Assembly (NCBI GenBank): GCA_963833575.1 | Contig: CAWHXY010000007.1 | Coordinates: 256,001 to 320,000 of the forward strand | DNA length: 64,000 bases | Source: Candidatus Bathyarchaeota archaeon | Lineage (GTDB): Archaea > Thermoproteota > Bathyarchaeia > Bathyarchaeales > Bathycorpusculaceae | Reading direction: 5' to 3' | Shown: positions 57,384 to 64,000 of the stretch, in pieces | Layout: each line of letters begins with the position of its first letter | Position numbering within the stretch: position 1 is the stretch's first letter | Program-made: the position numbers and the translations under genes | The notes under the pieces: model-generated | Told to the model about the DNA's origin: nothing | What the model saw: the letters and a program-made list of their open reading frames with translations, nothing else | Database searches by the model: none

Positions 57384-58369
57384 TTTATTGCTCTCCTTTG
57401 GATAGCTGCCATGCCATGAAGTTCTTTGCCTGAATCTTCACGAATTGATTTCCCGGTATAGTGCAAGAATACATCTTCAAGGTTAGGCTCGCGTAAAACT
57501 ATCGATTCAACGTAAATATTATTTTGAGTAGCCAATTCCATAATTCTGGGCATTACTGCTTTTCCATTGCGAACGGTGATTTCCAAGGAACCGCCAACAA
57601 TTTGTTTTTTCTCAAGCCCTAACATTCTTGTCGCCAAATCTGATAATACATCTATATTGTTTGCTTTAACCGCCACAACGTCTCCTTCAAGCGTCTCTTT
57701 GAGTCTAGCAGGGGAATCCAAAATCACAATTTTGCCGTGATCCATAATTGCAATGCGATCTGAAAGCCGATCTGCCTCATCCATATAATGGGTTGTTAGA
57801 ACCACTGTAATATCTTCGGCTTTTTTTAGTTCTTTAATGTATTTCCAGATGTGGTCTCTTGTTTGTGGATCCAAACCAACTGTAGGTTCATCTAAGAACA
57901 AAACTTTAGGATAATGGATCAAACCGCGCCCAATCTCTAGTCTTCGCCTCATGCCACCCGAATAGGTACGAAGTAAATCATCTGCTCTATCTTCTAACTC
58001 AACAAGTTTTAAAATTCGGTTTATTCTTTCTTTTTGCTCAGATGCTGGAACCCCATAGAGGTTGGCGTGCATGTAAAGGTTTTCTTTTCCAGTTAACCTG
58101 TCGTCTATACTAGGTTCTTGAAAGACAATACCGATAGACCTGCGTACTTTGTTTGCTTCTTTCACTATGTCAAAGCCGTTTACTGTAGCAGAGCCGGAAG
58201 TTGGTCTGAGAATCGTGCATAGCATAGACACAGTCGTAGTTTTGCCTGCACCATTAGGACCAAGCAATCCAAAGACTTCGCCTTATTCCACTGTTATGTC
58301 TAACTTATCAACTGCTTTTATCAAACCGTAAGTTTTTGTTAATTGGTGGGTTTCAATGATATGAGACAT
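57380..58369 (-). pseudogene. DrrA-like ABC ATPase with an in-frame TAA at codon 29
   Basis: ATG 58369: MSHIIETHQLTKTYGLIKAVDKLDITVE-TAA(58283-85)-GEVFGLLGPNGAGKTT; remainder intact. Confidence 0.75.
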
Positions 58370-58519
58370 TTTTCAGTTTTCTCTTTCTGCTATTGGAGCA
58401 TAAAGGGATTTAATTTTTATTTGCACCATTTAAGCACATAGGAATAATAACTAAAAATTTTCCATAACGTTAAAATTTGAATGATCACATTATCATTTAT
58501 AGTGATTTTTTTGCCAGAA

Positions 58520-58948
58520 ATGAATTTTGAAGGAATAGCAACTTGGAAAGGTGGAACCGAATGCTCACTTTCAGTGAAAGGAAAAGAACTTGTTACAGTT
58601 AGTCCACCGCCGATGTTTGGCGGAAAAGAAGGCTATTGTGTTCCTGAAGACATTTTTGCTGCTGCCTTAGCTTCATGCATAAACACGCTATTTATGTTGA
58701 TTGCCAATAACAGTCAGCTTGGACTCAAAAATCTTGAAACCAAAGCAAACGTAACCATGAACATAGAAGGTATGGAGAAACTAATCTTTACAAACGTGCA
58801 TTTCAATATGAACGTAGCTTTAGAAACCGACAATGAACGAGAACGCAAAAAAGCTACAACAGTATATGGCATGGCGCAGAAAATTTGTCCAATAAGACAG
58901 TCATGGGGCGAAGCCGTTCCAATAACCTTTGAGCTGAACTTTAACTAA
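58520..58948 (+). CDS. OsmC/Ohr family protein
   Basis: PPPMFGG...PEDIFAAALASC...KICPI. Start placed at MNFEG. Confidence 0.87.
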   Translation: MNFEGIATWKGGTECSLSVKGKELVTVSPPPMFGGKEGYCVPEDIFAAALASCINTLFMLIANNSQLGLKNLETKANVTMNIEGMEKLIFTNVHFNMNVALETDNERERKKATTVYGMAQKICPIRQSWGEAVPITFELNFN

Positions 58949-59378
58949 GATAAAAGTCAAATCCACTTTTTCTTTTTTCATGAAACCAAATTTTCGCAAA
59001 ACTCTAGTTTTATTCGTTAGTCTTCCAGAAGAACAACTTTGGACAAAGCTGTTGTGTAATTTTCTTCAAAAATTAAAGCTTACACCCTGGTTAGACCAAT
59101 CTGAAACTTCTAAATTATTGAATGCTAAAATCCTTCAAATTCTATTCCTAAAATTGATATACTCTTTGTGTTGAAATAACTGTCTTATATATTCAGGATT
59201 AATTCTTAAAATAAAGGGTAGTAAAAATGGAGTCCGATCACAAATCAAAAGACAACAGGTCCATTGAATTGGAAAAAATATGTGGTGAATGGAGCATATA
59301 CCCAAAACAGATTGACCGCCATAGACCACAACGATCAGCATGCAACTCGACTATCTTTCAATAGACAACGGATTTTTT

Positions 59379-60320
59379 ATGTCGAAATTTCAAATCTACA
59401 ATGATTATTCAGGCAAATTTCGTTTTCGTTTAATAGCTGAAAACAACCAAATTGCAGCCATGGGAGAAGCCTACGAGCAACATGCAAGCTGCATCAATGG
59501 AATAAGAAGCATTCAAAATAATTGCAGCGCAGAAATCGAAGACCTAACTATAAAAGATCGCAAAATGCTTAATCCGAAATACCAAATCTATAAAGACAAA
59601 ACAGAAAAATTTAGGTTCCGACTGAAAGCTCCAAACGGCGAAATTATCGCTGAAGGGGAAGAATACGAGTCTAAGGAAGGATGCCTCAATGGTATCGCAG
59701 TAGTTAGAAGCAGTTGTGATGCAGAAATTGAAGATTTACCGGTCAAGAATAAAACAATTCAGGAAGACGTTGTTCCTCCTAAAATTGAAGAACCAACTTT
59801 AACTCCAAAAACAAAACCTGAAGCAGCGTCAGGCGCCCAAACAGTAAAAGATGAGGAAGTGGCTCCCACAAAAATCGAAACGCCAAGGGCACCCTCAACT
59901 GCCGATATCATTTTGCTTGAACCTGAGGAGATGGAAGAATGGATTCAAACAGTACCAATAACAATGACAAAAAGTACGCCAAAAAGCAAGCTTCCAACAG
60001 AAACTACGCTAGAATTGTACCCCTCACCCGAAAAAATGAATGTAGGCGAATTTGTGATTTTGAAGGGAAAACTTTCTGAGGGCGACTCGGGAAAAGGCAT
60101 ATCTAACGCCAAAATCATAATTTACGAACACGATACATCCGTTTTAGGTTACGCTTACTTAGCCCGTGGAGTAACTGGAGAAGATGGTTCTTTCAATATT
60201 GCTTGGAAAGCTAAACACTTAACATGGAGAAAAAACACAGGAAGAATCTATGCTGAGTTTTTTGGAAATGAAAGAGTCAAACCTTCAAGAAGTAGCATTC
60301 AATCGGTCATAATAAATTGA
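59379..60320 (+). CDS. Tandem DUF1508 (YegP-like) protein fused to a P/E/T linker and Ig-like C-terminal domain
   Basis: FRFRLIAENNQIAAMGEAY..CINGI and FRFRLKAPNGEIIAEGEEY..CLNGI; C-terminal LKGKL..GISNAKIIIY..TGEDGSF. Confidence 0.8.
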   Translation: MSKFQIYNDYSGKFRFRLIAENNQIAAMGEAYEQHASCINGIRSIQNNCSAEIEDLTIKDRKMLNPKYQIYKDKTEKFRFRLKAPNGEIIAEGEEYESKEGCLNGIAVVRSSCDAEIEDLPVKNKTIQEDVVPPKIEEPTLTPKTKPEAASGAQTVKDEEVAPTKIETPRAPSTADIILLEPEEMEEWIQTVPITMTKSTPKSKLPTETTLELYPSPEKMNVGEFVILKGKLSEGDSGKGISNAKIIIYEHDTSVLGYAYLARGVTGEDGSFNIAWKAKHLTWRKNTGRIYAEFFGNERVKPSRSSIQSVIIN

Positions 60321-60463
60321 TTTTAGCTTCAACAATCTAGGAATCAAAAAAGTAGGTTTTTTAGATAAGGACAACCTTAACTTTATCAACTTGCCCCGCT
60401 TTAATTCTGTCAGATTACAACATTTACAAGAACTTTCTTTGACGGTTCTAAAAAGAGGTCTTG

Positions 60464-61813
60464 TTATTTTGCCGATTCGCTCATGATCGGCAATTTCACT
60501 ACGAATTTAGTCCCTTTGCCGGGCGCACTACTAGCTGAAATAGTGCCGTTACGGGCTTCCACGAAACGTTTGCATATAGGTAGTCCTAGACCCATTCCTT
60601 GTGGCTTGGTTGTGAAAAGTGGAGTCCAAAGTTTCTGTAGGGTTTCTTCGATCATTCCAACACCGGTATCTTCAAAACTGAAAGACAAAATGTCATCAAC
60701 TCTCCCGCTTGTGATCGCGAGTGTTCCGCCGTTGGGCATTGCGTCGAAGGCATTTCTTATTAAATTAACAAAAACTCTTATCATTTTGTCTTTATCAACA
60801 GCAAACTTAGGTTCGTCCTTTGGATTTTTCACGATGTTGATTTTTTCGGGCACTTTGAGGAGAACTAATGAATCTTCCAAGAGGGACTTTGGATCTGTTT
60901 CGCTTAGATTCAACTTTATTTCTTTAGAATAGTCGAGAAGGTCGTTTATTATTTTATTAGATTGATCTACCGACTTCTCGATCGTAGCAATCATTTCATT
61001 TTCTTTTTCGTCTAGTTTTGAACCTGCCTTCTTTTTTAGATAATAGGAAGCGTTAACTATACTTGAAAGTGGATTGCGCAAATCATGCCCAACCATTGCC
61101 GCTAATTGCCCAATATTTGCCATTCTCTCTGCTTTTCTCAGTTCCACGGTTTTTTCCTCGACTATCTCCTCTAGATTTTTTGAGTGCTTCTCAAGTTCGC
61201 GTTGAAGCTCAAAATTTTTGGTTAAGTCTTGGAAGCTTTTTCGACGGTAGATCTGTAATTGCCATGAGCCTAACAAGGCAATGACATTTGCTAGAAGTAG
61301 CCCGAAAAATATAGTGAATACATAGGGGAGTGAAGAAGGCTGCTGAAACCACAAGATGATTGCAACTTCGCCTATCGTCGCACTTGACGCTATTAATATT
61401 TGGTTAGTAAACCGATTGGGTGTTATTAGATATATCACAAATATTGCAATTATTGTGATTAGAACATGCACAGTGAAGTTTTGTGGTCGTGTCGCGTTTA
61501 TTATTCCGCTAAAAAACAATATAACTAACGAATAAGCAGTGATGGATTGGTCGTATTTCTTGTAATTTTTTACTTTGGTTATTTGGACAAGCTCAAAAAT
61601 AGTGTAAAATAAAATTCCAAACCTGAGTCCTATTAGCCCATAGAATTCTGTTGATAATCCAAACAGTTCGAAATCGTTAAAGGCAAACAAAATTATTGGT
61701 ACTACAAATAACAGTATTGCCAATCTAACTTGTATTATGTCTTTGTGAACATAGAATTCTCTGCAGCTGACCCCTTGATTACCAGGCAATTCAAGCTGCA
61801 GTTTTGTGAACAT
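60464..61813 (-). CDS. Membrane sensor histidine kinase
   Basis: About six TM helices, VGHDLRNPL, NLIRNAFDAM, DTGVG, GMGLGL. Confidence 0.92.
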   Translation of the reverse strand: MFTKLQLELPGNQGVSCREFYVHKDIIQVRLAILLFVVPIILFAFNDFELFGLSTEFYGLIGLRFGILFYTIFELVQITKVKNYKKYDQSITAYSLVILFFSGIINATRPQNFTVHVLITIIAIFVIYLITPNRFTNQILIASSATIGEVAIILWFQQPSSLPYVFTIFFGLLLANVIALLGSWQLQIYRRKSFQDLTKNFELQRELEKHSKNLEEIVEEKTVELRKAERMANIGQLAAMVGHDLRNPLSSIVNASYYLKKKAGSKLDEKENEMIATIEKSVDQSNKIINDLLDYSKEIKLNLSETDPKSLLEDSLVLLKVPEKINIVKNPKDEPKFAVDKDKMIRVFVNLIRNAFDAMPNGGTLAITSGRVDDILSFSFEDTGVGMIEETLQKLWTPLFTTKPQGMGLGLPICKRFVEARNGTISASSAPGKGTKFVVKLPIMSESAK

Positions 61814-62198
61814 GCTGTAGAATTCTTCCTAAGTCTATTTTTAAGTTTTATGGAAGATATTTATCAATTGCACAACTAGGATTGAGAAAGTGTTCAATAT
61901 TCTTGTAAGATTAGTCAGATTCTGATGCATACGATTTGTTGATTAGGATTTGCTTTGAATTCACAAAATGGTGCTGACAAGATATTTTATCCTCTAATAC
62001 AACCATTGTATCTAACACGAAACACTATAGTTTTGGTAAATCGGAAAATGAAACCTAAAATTAAGAAAATAACCAAACTATGCTTTTCAAAAATAGAACA
62101 AAACAACACATTCACAAACACAAATAAGAGACTCTACGTTATACGCATTAGCCTTAAATACCGAAGCTTTTCTATTTTGCTGTAAGCGGGGAAGCTCT

Positions 62199-62972
62199 AT
62201 GTCCACTCCATACGCAGTTGAACTAAAAGACGTAACTAAACGGTATAATGAAATAGTTGCAGTAAACAACCTTAATCTTTCCATTAGTACAGGTGAAATA
62301 TTCGGTCTTTTGGGACCAAACGGTTCAGGAAAATCAACCACTCTCAAAATGCTGCTAGGTTTGGTGCCGTCAGATTTTGGAAGCATCACCGTTTTAGGAT
62401 TAGATGTTCAAAAAAATTCTGTTGAGGTTAAGCGGCTTGTTGGGTATGTTCCGGAAGCAGCAAACATTTACGAGTTCTTAACGGGAATTGAATATCTTGA
62501 CTTTATAGCAGACATATATGGAGTGCCAACAGCTGAGAAAAAGCAGAGAATAACCGAGTATCTTAAGGCGCTCCAACTTGAAGGACGAGAAGGTGATATG
62601 ATTAACAGTTACTCAGACGGCATGAGAAAAAAAATTAGCTTAATCTCAGCTTTTCTGCATAAACCTAAGTTGTTGTTGCTTGATGAGCCGCTTAATGCAC
62701 TCGATCCCCGCTCAGCAAGAATAGTTAAGGATTTTCTTCATTCGCTTAAAGGGCAAGGTGTAACCACCATTATGTCTACGCATGTGCTTGAAATTGCAGA
62801 AGCCATTTGCGATAGAATAGGCATAATGTATCAGGGCAACATTTTGGCTCTTGGAAACATGGAGGAACTTCGGCAAAAAGCTAGTTTGCCTAATTCAGGC
62901 TTAGAAGATATATTCTTGAAGTTAACTGGAACAGAAGACCTTAGAGCAGTTGTTGAGGAACTTACTCGATGA
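62199..62972 (+). CDS. ABC transporter ATP-binding protein
   Basis: GPNGSGKST, YSDGMRKK, LLDEPLNALD. Confidence 0.92.
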   Translation: MSTPYAVELKDVTKRYNEIVAVNNLNLSISTGEIFGLLGPNGSGKSTTLKMLLGLVPSDFGSITVLGLDVQKNSVEVKRLVGYVPEAANIYEFLTGIEYLDFIADIYGVPTAEKKQRITEYLKALQLEGREGDMINSYSDGMRKKISLISAFLHKPKLLLLDEPLNALDPRSARIVKDFLHSLKGQGVTTIMSTHVLEIAEAICDRIGIMYQGNILALGNMEELRQKASLPNSGLEDIFLKLTGTEDLRAVVEELTR

Positions 62973-64000
62973 ATTGGAAGAACGTCCTCTACCTGCTACG
63001 GGTTGATCGCAAATCTGGCAGGCTTATTAGAGGCATAAAAGCCACAAGGTACAAAGAAAATAGTTTTCTGGCTTATTGGCCTTATTGGGCAGCTGCCATA
63101 ATCGGAGTAGTCGGCGGGATATTGGGGGTTTTGATTGCATCTGCGGCTTACTCGCAAGGAACTCCTGCGGGTTTGCCGTCACTGGGACAAGCAGCACTGA
63201 GCTTTTTCGCTGTGTTACCAACCCTTACAATAATTGCTAGTTTAGTATTTACATTGCTTCAACAAATTCAACTTGCGGGTCTGAAACCTTCAGGGCAAGT
63301 GATATATGCTCTACCTGTAACTTGGGAAGAGCACACTTTAGCATCCATCTTATCTAACCTCTTAGGTTGGCCAATTGCGTTAGTAACGGGCTTATCAGCT
63401 GGAATAATTGTTTTTTCAGCTTTTAACGGGTTAATTCTTCAAGCATTACTTACCGTAGTCATAATGGCTGCGGCAGCTTTCATGGCTAGCTCCATAACAG
63501 AAATTTTGAGAATTATCCAAGTCCGTTTTACAGGCGCCGTTTACAAGTCAAGTGGGAGAGGAGCGATATGGGTAAGATTGATCGGTACGCTTCTTTTCTT
63601 CATTATATTCTACATATTTTATTTCTACGTGGTCAATAGCTTTGGTTCGTTCATAACAAATTTATCCGCAGCTCAGAACGCTGCGTGGTATGTACCCTTA
63701 ATTTGGCTTGCTCTGATCCTTTCCTACGCCGTCAAAGGACTATTTTTGCAAGGGGTTTTGTTCTCGATATTATCCTCTCTGTTCATAGCAATTTTATACT
63801 TTCTGGCAGTTGCCTTAAACAAACGATATGGATTTTATGAACCACCAGCGATCACGATTCAAAAAAGCGGATTTTACGCGCCGAAAACAGGGCTGCTAGG
63901 TAGAATTGGTTTCTCCAATGTTGAAGCAGCAATAATTAGAAAAGATCTTCGTGCTTTCACTAGAAGACGAGAATTAATTAGCGTTTACATTGCACCTATA
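62969..64000 (+). CDS. Putative ABC exporter permease, truncated by the window edge
   Basis: ATGA overlap with the ATPase gene; MNWKNVLYLLRVDRKSGRLIRG... multi-TM frame reaching the window end (...IIRKDLRAFTRRRE). Confidence 0.8.
   Translation, partial: MNWKNVLYLLRVDRKSGRLIRGIKATRYKENSFLAYWPYWAAAIIGVVGGILGVLIASAAYSQGTPAGLPSLGQAALSFFAVLPTLTIIASLVFTLLQQIQLAGLKPSGQVIYALPVTWEEHTLASILSNLLGWPIALVTGLSAGIIVFSAFNGLILQALLTVVIMAAAAFMASSITEILRIIQVRFTGAVYKSSGRGAIWVRLIGTLLFFIIFYIFYFYVVNSFGSFITNLSAAQNAAWYVPLIWLALILSYAVKGLFLQGVLFSILSSLFIAILYFLAVALNKRYGFYEPPAITIQKSGFYAPKTGLLGRIGFSNVEAAIIRKDLRAFTRRRELISVYIAPI

Noticed and set aside
35125-58285. TAA stop-codon reassignment or readthrough
   Set aside because: Many intact genes here end in TAA at their expected ends, and one affected gene also has a frameshift; decay or sequencing error is simpler.
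1822-63221. Numerous short antisense or alternate-frame ORFs in the track (e.g. 1822-2172, 3268-3714, 37494-37940, 41941-42486, 60483-60932)
   Set aside because: Shadow ORFs overlapping well-supported genes, with no recognisable motifs.

Overview
Archaeal chromosomal window, most consistent with Bathyarchaeia (TACK). This is inferred from gene content: aIF-1A/RIO1/Dim2, aIF-2beta/DUF424, DUF373/uppS, archaeal DnaG, PolB3, NurA/HerA and REC-PAS kinases. It holds about 60 CDS; I found no rRNA, tRNA, CRISPR array or transposase. Main signals: (1) an intergenic family of AGAAGAAG...CTTCTTCT hairpin arrays (16.3 kb and 40.7 kb, plus a degenerate copy at 7.3 kb) in which each unit is individually flipped between loci while unit order and flanks are conserved; (2) an AblA-type lysine 2,3-aminomutase paired with an EctA-type (not AblB) acetyltransferase; (3) a family B polymerase with intact polymerase motifs but lost proofreading residues; (4) dnaG apparently initiating at ACG; (5) an anchor-less sdhAB-aspA operon; (6) a NurA-HerA pair without mre11/rad50; (7) two genes broken by in-frame TAA; (8) candidate BlaI and PadR operators. 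All calls come from manual motif reading; no database searches were run.
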